DNA from: an uncultured Rhodospirillaceae bacterium
GTDB lineage: Bacteria; Pseudomonadota; Alphaproteobacteria; UBA9219
Direction of reading: 5' to 3'
Length of the DNA stretch: 64,000 bases
NCBI GenBank assembly: GCA_964652235.1
Contig: CAZZDK010000010.1
Coordinates: 5,083-69,082 of the forward strand
Below, in pieces: positions 9,642 to 19,312 of the stretch. Made by a program: the position numbers and the translations under genes. A model generated the notes under the pieces. It saw nothing but the letters and a program-made list of their open reading frames with translations, ran no database searches and was not told the DNA's origin. Each line of letters begins with the position of its first letter. The first letter of the stretch is position 1.

Positions 9642-12600
9642 GGCGCCTTATGGACAGAAAGGGCAGGATCGCGCTTTTCGTTGTTTGGGCGATTTTGTGG
9701 ATCGGGGCCCCGCCCCCGGTCGGCGCCGAGGAGAAGGCAGGGGGGCCGTTTCGGGTCGTGGACGTGGCCCTTCATGCCGAAGCGCCGAAGGCGGAAATCT
9801 GTTTGTCTTTCAGCGAACCGATCCAGCCGAAAGACCGTGAGAGAATTCTCGAAGCCGTCAGCTTGCGAAAAGACGGAACGAGAGAAAAGCTTTCCGCCAA
9901 GGACCTCAGCCTCGCTCCGGCGGTTCTTTGCGTGCAGAATCTCGAACATCGAAGCCGCTACGATTTTCTTTTGCGGAAGTTCCAGGGGCCGTCCGGCGAA
10001 AAGCTGGCCAGACCCTATAGCGCCGTTTTCACCGTGCCTGATCGCAAGCCTTTTCTCGCCTTCGTCTCGGATTCCGATCTGTCGGTTCTACCGCGCCACG
10101 TCAAGGCAAAGGACGGCAAGGAAAGGGACCCGCTCCGGGGCGGCATGGCCCATGTTCTTCGTTCCGTAAACGTCGAAAGCGTCCGTCTGACGCTTTATCG
10201 CGTCCCGAACCGGGATTCTTTCGCGAGAGCCTGGCATCAGTTCACGCTCTTGAATCTCTCGCCGCTGGAAAGCCTTGTCTTCGCGAAGGCGAAGGGGCAG
10301 GCGGTTTTTGAAAGCGACCTTGTTTTCGGTCCCAACCCGAACGTCGAACAAACGCTTCTCGCGCCCCTGCCGCCGGACAAGGCTCTTGAGCCGGGGCTTT
10401 ATTACCTCGCCGCCGAGCCGAAAACCCCGACCGGCGGCAAAGCTAAGCTTTTCGCCGGGCAATGGTTCCTGGTTTCGGATCTGCGCTTGACGGCCCTGCG
10501 TCTGCCGGGGGGACTCGAAGTTTTCGCGGGCGATCTCGAGGAAAGAAAGCCTGCGGCTTCCGTGGAGGTTCAGCTTCTTTCTCTGGGCGGCAAAGTTCTG
10601 GCCGAATCCCGTACGAAGCCGGACGGTTCGGCCTTTCTTCCTTTTCCGAAGGATAGGGAAGAGGAAGCCTTTCTTTTGACGGGGCGCGGCGCTTCTGGCG
10701 ACGTTGATATTCTGGGAATCGGGAACGAAAAAACCGTTGGACTGGGCGCGCCGCTTGCGAGGGCGTTTGTTCGACCGGATCGGCAGGCCTACCGCCCTGG
10801 CTCGATGGCCGCCGTAGCGCTTAGGGCGGAGGATGGAGAGGGGCGAAGCGCAGAAATTAAAAATTCTTCGTTGAAATTGCTCAGACCCGACCGTCGCGTT
10901 TACAGCCAGCAGATCGCTCCCGCGGAAAAAGCGGGAACGCTTTTGATGAATGTGCCCTTGCCGTTTGTACGCGAAGCGGGGGTGTGGTTTTTGTCCTGGC
11001 AAAGGGAGGACGGCGGCGTCATCGCCGAAGCACCGTTGCTTTTGGCGCCCCAGGCGCAAAAAGCCAGGTTGGAAATGAGGCTTGTTAGGGAAGGGGAAAC
11101 GGACGGCGCGTCCTTGCGCCTTCAGATCAAGGCGACGGACGATCGCGGCGAGCCTTTGGCGTTTCGTGCGGGCAAAGTCGTGGCGAGGGGAACCAGACCG
11201 GAAGTCCCAAGAAGCGAGTCGTATCGTTTCGGCGTTTTTGTCCCGGACGATCCCGGGAAGGAAAGCGAAGTTTCTTTCATGACCGGTCCGGACGGACGGG
11301 CGAGCCTGGACGTTCCTTTCGACCGAAGGGGGATGTGGGATGCGCTTGAGCTTTCCGCTTCGTTGCGCCAGGAAGGAGCCTTTGCGTCCCTGACGGTTCC
11401 TTTGCCTCGAACGACTTTTCTCGTGGGGGTTCGTCCCTTGGCGACGGGCGCGGCGTTTGCCGAAAACGGCATGGCTCGTTTTGAGATTATCGCGGTGGAC
11501 CCGGCGGGCAAAAGACGCGCGGAGAAAAATCTTTACTACCTGATTTACGAGGAGGGGCGGAATTTCGAATGGTTTCCGGCGGAAGGCTACTGGGATTACA
11601 GGCCGTTGCCCAAGCACAGGCGCGTCGCGGGCGGACCTTTAAGCATCGGCGCCTCGGAAGAGACGATTCTGACCTGGCCGGTCACGACGGGCCAATACGC
11701 CTTGGAGATTCTCAATGCCGACGGACTTGTCCTTGCCCGCCAGCCGTTCGAGGCGGGTCGCGTCGCCGCATCGGTCAAAAGCGAAGAGGACGGACGGTTT
11801 CGTTTTCTTTCTGCCCCGCCGAAGCTTGAGGAAAGAAAGGAGAACCTTATCCGGTTCTACCTGGAATCCCCGGCCTTCGTGAGCGCGATGGTTTTTGACG
11901 GACGCGTGCGCGCGGTGTTGCATCGTTTCATGCCCGCGGGCGAGAACGTCCTTCCTCTGGCGCCGACAAAAGAGTGGGGACGACAGGTCCTTGTCCGTTT
12001 GCGAGCGGCCTTTTTGGATTCTCCGGTTCCGGCGCAATTTGAAAAAACGATCGAGGTCGATAAGCCGCGGCAGGAATTGGCGCTGTCCGCCGCGCCGCCG
12101 TCCGGCCTTGTTTCGGGCGCGGGCGTTTCGATCCCCGTCAAGGTTCAGAAGATCCAGGGCAAAAAGCAGACTTACCTAAGCGTCATCTCAACCCCCCTTT
12201 CCTCGGACGGAAAGACGAACTTTCCGGTCGTGCGGCTGGATCGCGTTCCGGTTGACGCCTTGGGTCGCGCGAAAATCGACGTGAACGTTCCCTTGTTTGA
12301 CGGCGAGCTTCGCTTGACCGTCATGGCCTGGAACGACGACCAGTATGGGGAAAAAAGCTTCACGATTCCCGCGCGTCCGGCGCTTGGTCTGACGGCCTTT
12401 CCGCCGGAGAGGCTCGAATCAGGAGATAAGGTCGAGGTTTCCTTTACGGTGGAAAATAATAAGGCGCAGGGGGAAGCGTACGCTTATGAACTTCAAATAC
12501 CGCCGGGACTGACGGCGCAGGAGCCGCTTAAGGGCAACATCCGCCTTGCGAAAGGTGAAAGCCGGGCGTTGACCTTTCTGCTTACGGCGAGGGAGCCGGG

Positions 12601-14089
12601 GGAGGGCGCTCTTCGTTTCGAGATTGCGGGATCGGGCGGCGCGCGAGCGGCTCAAAGTTGGCCCCTGACCGTCGTTCCTTCGGGGATTGCCGGGGAAAGC
12701 GGCGCTTTTTCCGCGACAAAGGCTAAGGTTGGCCTTTTAAGTCCTGTCAAAATGCCTTTCGCGCTTCGGGCCTTGCGAAAATTGGCTTCGGACCCGCCCC
12801 ACACGCTGGAGGAAATCGGCCTATGGCTCGAAGCTTCCCGTTCCTGGGAAGAGCCGCTGAAAAACTGGGGGTTGATCGGAGAGACGCGGCTTGAAGCCTT
12901 ACGGCGGGCTTTCCTGCGCGAGATACAATCGCGCCAGAACGGCGACGGCGGCTTTTCTGCGGTCGGGACCGACGAGGCAAGCGATATGGCCAGCACCGTG
13001 GCGGCCATGAATGCCTTGCGCGACAAGGCCGAAAGGCCGTTTGCCCTCGCCGCCCAATGGCTCGGCGACAAGTTGAACAACGCCTGGTTCGAGGAAAGCG
13101 AGCGCGAAGCGAGAATCGAAGCCGTCGAGGCTTTGTCCCGGACTAAAAGGGCCGATCTTTCCGTTCTGCGCTATCTTTCGCAAACCAGCAGGGACAAAAA
13201 ACTTTCCCCCTGGATCGCCGCTTCGCTGGGCCTTGCGCTTGAGCTGAACGGCGAAAGCGAGGCCTCGTTTTATTGGACGAAACGCGCGGAAGAATCCCTG
13301 CCCCGGTTGGCGACGGAATCGCCCGTCGGGTTCTGGAAGATTTTGGCGACGTTGGCGGAGAACGACAAGGTGAAGCCGGAATTCTTGAGGGCGTCCCTTG
13401 CTTATGCCCCGCCGCTTGAGGCGAGCGCTTCTTTGAAAGAGGCTGCGCTTCGATTGATCGCCCTGGCGCGTGTCGCCTCCCGCTTCGGGCCTTGGACGGC
13501 CAATCTTGACGGCGCCGAGATCAAGGCCGCCGGCTTTCTGGCGGTGTCGCCGGAAGGCAGGACGGAAGGGCGAGTCCTTTCTTCCGATCAAGAGGTTCGT
13601 TTTCTCGAAGGAGAGGCGCTTGCGGGGGAAGCGAAAGACGACCCCTCTTTTGACCGGGAACCGGTCGTTTCCCTTCAACGAACGTTCTTCAAACCGGACG
13701 GCGCGGCTTTCGATTTCGATCTGTCGTTGATGAAGGGAGAGCCTTATCTCTTAATCCTGAAAGGCGCGATAAAGGAAGACGAACCGAGACCTCTTCGCCT
13801 CGTCTTGCCGCCTTGCGCGGGGTTGGAGGTAACGGTTCCCGAAGACAACGACGCCTTTAGAGCGCATTTCCCCTGGCTGCCCAAGGATCTGGCCCGGATC
13901 GAAAAGGTCTCGGACCTGCCCATGGGCCGGGTTCTGGCGTTCGCTCCGGAAAAGGTGACCTGGCAAATCGCTCTTCTGGTAAGACCGGTCCGAAAGGGAA
14001 GTTTCGCGTTGCCGCGCGCGCGCGTTCTTTCCGCAACGGGCGAAGACGTCCCTGCGGAACAAAACGATATCCGCTTTTCGATCTGGTGA
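9638..14089 (+). CDS. Large secreted alpha-2-macroglobulin-like protein (MG-domain/TED-like, no thioester motif)
   Basis: 1483 aa with an N-terminal signal peptide (MDRKGRIALFVVWAILWIGAPPPVGA). It is long, beta-rich and repetitive, with a terpenoid-cyclase-like Q-x-x-D-G-G-F motif (QSRQNGDGGFSAVG) as found in A2M thioester-like domains. No CxEQ thioester is present. Start is TTG 9638 or ATG 9650. Confidence 0.5.
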   Translation: MRRLMDRKGRIALFVVWAILWIGAPPPVGAEEKAGGPFRVVDVALHAEAPKAEICLSFSEPIQPKDRERILEAVSLRKDGTREKLSAKDLSLAPAVLCVQNLEHRSRYDFLLRKFQGPSGEKLARPYSAVFTVPDRKPFLAFVSDSDLSVLPRHVKAKDGKERDPLRGGMAHVLRSVNVESVRLTLYRVPNRDSFARAWHQFTLLNLSPLESLVFAKAKGQAVFESDLVFGPNPNVEQTLLAPLPPDKALEPGLYYLAAEPKTPTGGKAKLFAGQWFLVSDLRLTALRLPGGLEVFAGDLEERKPAASVEVQLLSLGGKVLAESRTKPDGSAFLPFPKDREEEAFLLTGRGASGDVDILGIGNEKTVGLGAPLARAFVRPDRQAYRPGSMAAVALRAEDGEGRSAEIKNSSLKLLRPDRRVYSQQIAPAEKAGTLLMNVPLPFVREAGVWFLSWQREDGGVIAEAPLLLAPQAQKARLEMRLVREGETDGASLRLQIKATDDRGEPLAFRAGKVVARGTRPEVPRSESYRFGVFVPDDPGKESEVSFMTGPDGRASLDVPFDRRGMWDALELSASLRQEGAFASLTVPLPRTTFLVGVRPLATGAAFAENGMARFEIIAVDPAGKRRAEKNLYYLIYEEGRNFEWFPAEGYWDYRPLPKHRRVAGGPLSIGASEETILTWPVTTGQYALEILNADGLVLARQPFEAGRVAASVKSEEDGRFRFLSAPPKLEERKENLIRFYLESPAFVSAMVFDGRVRAVLHRFMPAGENVLPLAPTKEWGRQVLVRLRAAFLDSPVPAQFEKTIEVDKPRQELALSAAPPSGLVSGAGVSIPVKVQKIQGKKQTYLSVISTPLSSDGKTNFPVVRLDRVPVDALGRAKIDVNVPLFDGELRLTVMAWNDDQYGEKSFTIPARPALGLTAFPPERLESGDKVEVSFTVENNKAQGEAYAYELQIPPGLTAQEPLKGNIRLAKGESRALTFLLTAREPGEGALRFEIAGSGGARAAQSWPLTVVPSGIAGESGAFSATKAKVGLLSPVKMPFALRALRKLASDPPHTLEEIGLWLEASRSWEEPLKNWGLIGETRLEALRRAFLREIQSRQNGDGGFSAVGTDEASDMASTVAAMNALRDKAERPFALAAQWLGDKLNNAWFEESEREARIEAVEALSRTKRADLSVLRYLSQTSRDKKLSPWIAASLGLALELNGESEASFYWTKRAEESLPRLATESPVGFWKILATLAENDKVKPEFLRASLAYAPPLEASASLKEAALRLIALARVASRFGPWTANLDGAEIKAAGFLAVSPEGRTEGRVLSSDQEVRFLEGEALAGEAKDDPSFDREPVVSLQRTFFKPDGAAFDFDLSLMKGEPYLLILKGAIKEDEPRPLRLVLPPCAGLEVTVPEDNDAFRAHFPWLPKDLARIEKVSDLPMGRVLAFAPEKVTWQIALLVRPVRKGSFALPRARVLSATGEDVPAEQNDIRFSIW

Positions 14090-14096
14090 CGGCCGT

Positions 14097-14669
14097 TTAG
14101 GAAATGATCTCAATCGAAACGGCTTCGCGTCCTTTAGAGGCCGTGTGGACGACCATCTTGAGGCGCTGGCCCGTTTCCAAAGTCGCGAGGCCCAGGCGCG
14201 AAACGACGCTCTTGTGCACGAAAACGTCCTTGCCGTTATCGTCGGGCGCGACGAAGCCGAAGCCCTTATCCGCCTTGAACCACTTGACCGTTCCCAGCAT
14301 TTCTTCCGTTGGGCCCGTCGGTTCGGCCCGACGTCCGCCGGATACTTCGCCTTGGCCGAGAACGCTCACGATGGAGAGGACCTGGCGACCCTTCGGCCCC
14401 TGTCCGATGACAACCAGAAGCTTGGTTCCTTCGGCGACCTGTTGAAGCCCCGCGCGCGTGAGAACCGATACGTGCATGAAAGCGTCGGGGGATTGATCTG
14501 CCGGCGCAACGAATCCGAAACCCTTCGAAAGATTGAACCACTTGACGACGGCTTCGACCTGTTCTCCTTCGCCAGGAGACGAGAAATCACACGATGACAA
14601 GGCACGACCCTCACAAAAAGACAGAACAGAGTTGGGGACACTTTTAGCCAATTTTGAAGATTTGAACAA
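14097..14669 (-). CDS. Tandem cold-shock-domain protein (two CspA-like CSDs)
   Basis: Two complete CSDs: VVKWFNLSKGFGFVAPADQSPDAFMHVSVL and TVKWFKADKGFGFVAPDDNGKDVFVHKSVV, each with RNP1/RNP2 motifs. The N-terminal roughly 40 aa and the start codon, apparently TTG, are uncertain. Confidence 0.8.
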   Translation of the reverse strand: MFKSSKLAKSVPNSVLSFCEGRALSSCDFSSPGEGEQVEAVVKWFNLSKGFGFVAPADQSPDAFMHVSVLTRAGLQQVAEGTKLLVVIGQGPKGRQVLSIVSVLGQGEVSGGRRAEPTGPTEEMLGTVKWFKADKGFGFVAPDDNGKDVFVHKSVVSRLGLATLETGQRLKMVVHTASKGREAVSIEIIS

Positions 14670-14794
14670 CGGAAATTATCGAATCGCCCTTAAAGGACTT
14701 AAGAAAAGAAGTCTCTGATGGGACTGTCTTTTAATGTTTATTAGCCTTCCTCTTATAGAATAAAGACGTTCGGGGGGCGGGCCAGGGCGGAAAG

Positions 14795-16009
14795 ATGGGC
14801 AGCAGGTTGAAAATCCTAAGGAAAATTAAGTGGCCTTCTGCTGCGACGCCGCAACGGACTTGCTTTGTTTTTCTTCTCCTTTTTTTCCTCTTTTTTCTTT
14901 TCGGTGCTGCTTTGGGCATCGCATGGGCCGCCGAGGGCGAGGAAGCAGAAGCGCTTGCCCAGCCGGAACGGGCCATTAATCTTCCCCCTATTCCCGGCAA
15001 AGGGGCCGAACCTGCGGCTCCTGAACCCTTTGCCTGGGAAACGAAATCTTCGCCTTTGGAAACGAACGGGGTTTGGAAAAGTTTCGACGCCTATATGGCG
15101 GATCCTCCTAAAGAGGATACGTCCGCAGAGAACGAGAAACCTCCCGTCGCGCCCAAACGCAGGATTGTCCGACCGGCCGTGCCCAAACAGGCTTCCGAGA
15201 AGAAGGAAATCCAACCCGCCCTTCCCCTTGATCTTCCCGCCGTTCCGGATTTAGGCCCCGTCCTGTCCGCAAAGAACGGCGCCGCGAAAACGGAAGAGCC
15301 GGAAAGTCCGCAGGAAGAGGCGGCGCGATCCAAAGCGCTGGAAGAATTTCTTGGGCTTGGGGCCGTGCCGCCGGGCCGGGAGGAACTTGGGTTGCCATTC
15401 CCCTCTGCCTCGGAGGAGGAAAGTCCGGCGCTGGCCCAGCCGGAAAGGCCGCTCGATCTTCCCAACGCGCCGGGCTTAAGGCCCGTCGGCGCTTTGAAGG
15501 TCCCCTCGACGGAGGAGGAAAACGAGGCCTTCATCGCCGACAAAGAGGAATGGAAAAACCTCGAAGACTTTGTGCGCGGGAGCGACGAGGGTATTGAGGC
15601 TAGCCAAAAAGGAAAAGACCTTGCCTTTCAGGTTCGCTTCGCGCCTTTGCCGAACGCGAAGGTGAAAGCCGCGCCCGACAAGCGTATAACAACGTCGGTT
15701 GCAGATCGCATGAGGGGGGAGGCCGCGAAGAAGTCCGCCAAAACGGTTCCATCCACATCGCCGCGCATCCAGGCGCCACCAGAGGCGTGCCAGGCCCTGG
15801 CCGATATGAGAAGGCAGCAGCTTGAGGCCATCGAAAGCGATCGCCGGACGCTCGCGGCCTTGCGCGAGGCGCTTGCGGAACTCGGTCTGACGAGCCGTTT
15901 GAGCTTTATGGCCGCCGGGCAGGAAAGACCGGAGGCCGCCGGGACAGAAGTGATCGGCACCGCTCCTTCGGCTCCTTCGGAGCCGCCGGCCAAAGCCAAA
16001 ACGCCCTGA
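14795..16009 (+). CDS. Membrane-anchored Pro/Glu-rich repeat protein (hypothetical)
   Basis: N-terminal TM/signal anchor CFVFLLLFFLFFLFGAALGIAWA, then a low-complexity P/E/A-rich region with an internal repeat (EALAQPERAINLPPIPGKGAEPAAPEP / PALAQPERPLDLPNAPGLRP). A C-terminal amphipathic segment (QALADMRRQQLEAIESDRRTLAALREALAELG) has a coiled-coil-like character. Confidence 0.5.
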   Translation: MGSRLKILRKIKWPSAATPQRTCFVFLLLFFLFFLFGAALGIAWAAEGEEAEALAQPERAINLPPIPGKGAEPAAPEPFAWETKSSPLETNGVWKSFDAYMADPPKEDTSAENEKPPVAPKRRIVRPAVPKQASEKKEIQPALPLDLPAVPDLGPVLSAKNGAAKTEEPESPQEEAARSKALEEFLGLGAVPPGREELGLPFPSASEEESPALAQPERPLDLPNAPGLRPVGALKVPSTEEENEAFIADKEEWKNLEDFVRGSDEGIEASQKGKDLAFQVRFAPLPNAKVKAAPDKRITTSVADRMRGEAAKKSAKTVPSTSPRIQAPPEACQALADMRRQQLEAIESDRRTLAALREALAELGLTSRLSFMAAGQERPEAAGTEVIGTAPSAPSEPPAKAKTP

Positions 16010-16116
16010 TAAACGAGCCTTCCTTCGGCCAACCTTTCCTCTCTTTCGCCTTCCGGGGCGCAAGAGGCAAGGCCGTCGGGTTCTCAAGGAGGCAGGGTCG
16101 CGACAAAAAGATTTCT

Positions 16117-17049
16117 TTAGCTCGCCTTTTTGAGCCTTTGCGCGATGGCCGCGCTCATGGACGCGAAGAAAGCCTCGTGCGTCTTGCGAAGCTCCCACGG
16201 GTCTTTCGAAAAGAACGTTTGCAGGCGTTCGAAAGACTTTTCGTCAATAGCGGGGACGTTGAACAGTTCCGGCTTTTCCATGACATATTGTGAAGCCCAT
16301 TCTTTGGCCGAGCGGAAGAAGAGTTTCAATTCTTCCAAAACCGCATCGTCGATCAGGCCCGAATCCCGCGATTGCTCGAAAAAAGAAACATCCACGCTGT
16401 TAAGCGCGACGACCTTCACGCCGCTGGCTTTCAGACGATCTACGCCGTTTGTTCCCCGGCTGGTGACGCAAACGGTACCAACACAGGAAAGCCCCGCTTT
16501 TTGCAGGATCGGCAGCCAATTGTCGAAATAGCTGGCTGCATTGTTGATAAGGTCGGAAACGTGAAGGGCAACTTCGCCCTGTTTGATCGGCTGGTCGCAA
16601 TAGAAATCGCCGTTCTTGAACAAATAGACGTGTTTGACCCCCAAAAGCCTGGCGACGGGGAGCGAAAACAGCCAGTCCCGGCGCTCGCCGCCGGACAAGG
16701 CGGTAAAGGAACCGGCGGCGAACTCGGTTTTTATCCGCGCGGCCAGCGTTTCGATAAGGCTCTTGAATATCTCGTCTTTTTCATAGGCGGCCAGGATAAG
16801 GGATTCGAGCTTCTCGGCCCGTGCCTTACCATCCTTGGTTTCTTCCACGATAGCGGTGATGCCCTTAAGGAGCGTTTTGGACAATTCCGGGCCGATCACC
16901 AGTTCGGTATTCACGTAAAAAGGCCCCGGAACCGAAGCCGCGTACCAGAAGATAGGTCCCGTTTTATGGTTCCAGATGGAAACGGCCTTGGTTTCAAGAA
17001 TGCGGCGGAGCAGGTCTTTTTGCGTGTAGATCATGGTTTTCCCCTTCAT
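16117..17049 (-). CDS. Hypothetical protein with phosphoribosyltransferase (PRTase)-like fold
   Basis: Segment VALHVSDLINNAAS resembles the PRPP-binding loop (hhhhDDhhTTG-type) of type I PRTases, with a preceding flexible-loop-like GGERRDW. There is no match to a specific PRTase. Local GC is lower than the neighbours. Confidence 0.4.
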   Translation of the reverse strand: MKGKTMIYTQKDLLRRILETKAVSIWNHKTGPIFWYAASVPGPFYVNTELVIGPELSKTLLKGITAIVEETKDGKARAEKLESLILAAYEKDEIFKSLIETLAARIKTEFAAGSFTALSGGERRDWLFSLPVARLLGVKHVYLFKNGDFYCDQPIKQGEVALHVSDLINNAASYFDNWLPILQKAGLSCVGTVCVTSRGTNGVDRLKASGVKVVALNSVDVSFFEQSRDSGLIDDAVLEELKLFFRSAKEWASQYVMEKPELFNVPAIDEKSFERLQTFFSKDPWELRKTHEAFFASMSAAIAQRLKKAS

Positions 17050-17102
17050 TTGTTCCGTCCTATAGCATAGATTCGCAGGAAGACTAAAGAAGGAGAATTT
17101 CT

Positions 17103-18035
17103 ATGGTTTTCTATCCCCCGCCCTTGCCTGAAAGGGGGTGCATCGGGGTGGTTGCGCCCTCCCGAAGGCCGCAGAGAGCCTGGATCGACGGAACGATCCG
17201 GCGGCTTGAGGCGCGCGGCGTCAGGGTTAAGGTTTACGACCAGGTTTTCTTCGAAGAAGGCCAGCTGGCCGGAAGCGACGCGCAAAGGGCGCAGGCGCTT
17301 CACGAGGCTTTCGCCGACCCGTCCGTTCACGCGATCCTTTGCGCGCGCGGCGGCACGGGCGCGACGCTCGTTCTCGACAAGCTGGATTTCGAGCTGATCC
17401 GCAGGAATCCCAAACCCTTCATCGGTTTTTCGGACGCGACCGTTTTGCTCCAGGCCATCACGAGCCGGACGGGCATGGTGACGTACCACGGGCCGATGGG
17501 CTGGAATTTTTCGGACGAAAATTACGATGCGCGAACCGAAGGCGATCTTTTCTCCATGATCGCCGGAAACAAAAAAAGCGCCGTCTTCACGGGGCTTGAC
17601 GTGGCGCGGGAAGGGCGGGCGCAAGGTCCCCTCGTCGGCGGCAACATGAAGCTTCTGCAATGTCTGATCGGCACGCCCTTCGATTGGTCCGCAAGGGACG
17701 CGATCCTGTTCATCGAAGAAACGGGCGAATATCTCTACGCGCTGGAGCGAACGATGTCCCATCTGCGCCTGGCCGGGAAGTTCGAGGGCATCCGCGCCGT
17801 GATCGTCGGCGAGATTTTGGATCTCCTGGACGACAACCCGAAATACAAGGAAACGACCGAAGCGCCCTATGGCCGGACGGCCAAAGACATCATGCTTCGG
17901 CATTTGCCTGCGGACGTGCCGCTGGTCTTCGATTTTCCCTGCGGGCACGGGCGCTACAACACGACTCTTCCCGTCGGCGCGGACGTCTGCCTGTCCTTGG
18001 AAGGCCAAGAGGCGAGGCTCGATTTCAGCCCATGA
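17103..18035 (+). CDS. ldcA: LD-carboxypeptidase (muramoyltetrapeptide carboxypeptidase, peptidase S66)
   Basis: S66 family pattern: N-terminal GVVAPS, GFSDATVL nucleophile-Ser motif, and C-terminal DFPCGHG catalytic His region. Confidence 0.85.
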   Translation: MVFYPPPLPERGCIGVVAPSRRPQRAWIDGTIRRLEARGVRVKVYDQVFFEEGQLAGSDAQRAQALHEAFADPSVHAILCARGGTGATLVLDKLDFELIRRNPKPFIGFSDATVLLQAITSRTGMVTYHGPMGWNFSDENYDARTEGDLFSMIAGNKKSAVFTGLDVAREGRAQGPLVGGNMKLLQCLIGTPFDWSARDAILFIEETGEYLYALERTMSHLRLAGKFEGIRAVIVGEILDLLDDNPKYKETTEAPYGRTAKDIMLRHLPADVPLVFDFPCGHGRYNTTLPVGADVCLSLEGQEARLDFSP

Positions 18036-19303
18036 ATCTCATTCACCTCTCCCAGGAAGAGCTTGAGGAAATTCTGCGAAAGCACGCGATGTTTCGTCAG
18101 GCCCGCATGGGAGGGGCGCGGGCGGTTCTGGCCTATCACGATCTGTCGGGCATGGACCTTAAGGGCCGCGATCTCTCGCACGCCGATTTTACGGGCGCGG
18201 TCCTGTGCCAGACGAATCTGGAACGCGCGAAGCTTGATTGCGCGGTGTTGTTCGGCTCGGACTTGCGCCTCGCCCTTTTGCAAGGCTCCAGCCTCGTGCG
18301 GGCCGATATGCGGGGCGTCTGCTTGCGCGGTGCGCACCTCATCAGCGCGGACATGACGGGCGTGGATTTGCGCGAGGGCACCATCGCCGACCGCAGGGGG
18401 CAGGTCATGATCCCCGGCCTCAGCGCCCTGCCGATGGGCGGCGCGGGCGTGGCGGATTTGAGCGGCGCGAACCTTTCCCTTGCCAAGCTTTCCGGAGCGG
18501 TGGCGAACAATTGCGATTTCAGCGACGCGATCATGCGCGGCTGCAAAATCGTCCGGGCGAATCTGACGGGCGTGAATCTGGAGCGCGCCAATCTTGAGGA
18601 CGCCGATCTCAGTATGTGCGACGTTTCGCAGGCGAACCTGCGCGACGCCATTCTCATCAACGTGATGACGACGCGCACGAACCTGGCCCAGGCCGACCTG
18701 GCGGGCGCTTTGACCGAAAAGCCGACGGGGCCGACGGTCAAGGATCTGCCCCATTCCTTAAGCGAGCTTCAGCGCCGCCATCTGATCTGGCTCAGCAGCG
18801 AAGGCAAAAACGGACGCCGTCTGGAATTGGACGGTTTCGACCTGCGGCGCTGTCCGTCCTTTGCCGGGGCGTGCCTGAGCATGATGCGGGCCCACCGCGC
18901 GATGTTCTACGGGCTGGATTTCGCGGGCGCGCAAATGCAGGCGGCGGATTTGCGCGAGACGGATTTGCGCCACACGCGCTTTGCGGAAGCGGACTTGCGC
19001 GGCGGCGATTTTACGGGCGCCATCTTCAACAACGCCGATCTGCGCCGCGTCAAGATGCAGCCGCTCGATCTCGGTCCCTCCAGCGTGATGGAAACCATCA
19101 TGGCGCGGGCCAGTTTCCGATATGCGGATTTGTCCGACGCGGACCTTTCGGGCGTGGATTTCAGCTTTGCCGATTTGACGAGCGCCAATCTGCTTGGTAG
19201 CGATATCAGCGGCGCTCGCTTTAGCGGGGCGCGGCTCGACGGCACGCGGATTTCATCCCGGCAGCGCGAAGAGATTCGGAAAAGCCTTATCGAACGGAAC
19301 TAG
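18032..19303 (+). CDS. Pentapeptide-repeat protein
   Basis: About 420 aa of near-continuous A(D/N)Lxx pentapeptide repeats (ADLSGANLSLAKLSGAV..., ANLERANLEDADLSMCDVSQANLRDA...). Its ATG overlaps the ldcA stop (ATGA). The ORF track starts it spuriously at 17660 inside ldcA. Confidence 0.85.
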   Translation: MNLIHLSQEELEEILRKHAMFRQARMGGARAVLAYHDLSGMDLKGRDLSHADFTGAVLCQTNLERAKLDCAVLFGSDLRLALLQGSSLVRADMRGVCLRGAHLISADMTGVDLREGTIADRRGQVMIPGLSALPMGGAGVADLSGANLSLAKLSGAVANNCDFSDAIMRGCKIVRANLTGVNLERANLEDADLSMCDVSQANLRDAILINVMTTRTNLAQADLAGALTEKPTGPTVKDLPHSLSELQRRHLIWLSSEGKNGRRLELDGFDLRRCPSFAGACLSMMRAHRAMFYGLDFAGAQMQAADLRETDLRHTRFAEADLRGGDFTGAIFNNADLRRVKMQPLDLGPSSVMETIMARASFRYADLSDADLSGVDFSFADLTSANLLGSDISGARFSGARLDGTRISSRQREEIRKSLIERN

Positions 19304-19312
19304 GGGGACGGC

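Noticed and set aside
10088-11617. A 509-aa minus-strand ORF inside the A2M-like gene. Similar antisense ORFs lie at 34246..35883 (vs MCP), 56519..57862 (vs purH), 59032..60570 (vs lysC) and 12899..13678
   Set aside because: All are antisense shadows of well-supported genes with Arg-rich low-complexity translations. Only the 3' part of 59032..61335 (60607-61335, ubiG) is real.
17660-18031. The ORF-track start of the pentapeptide-repeat protein at 17660 (547 aa)
   Set aside because: The first about 125 codons overlap ldcA in another frame and are Arg-rich with no repeats. The pentapeptide repeats begin after the ATG at 18032, which overlaps the ldcA stop.
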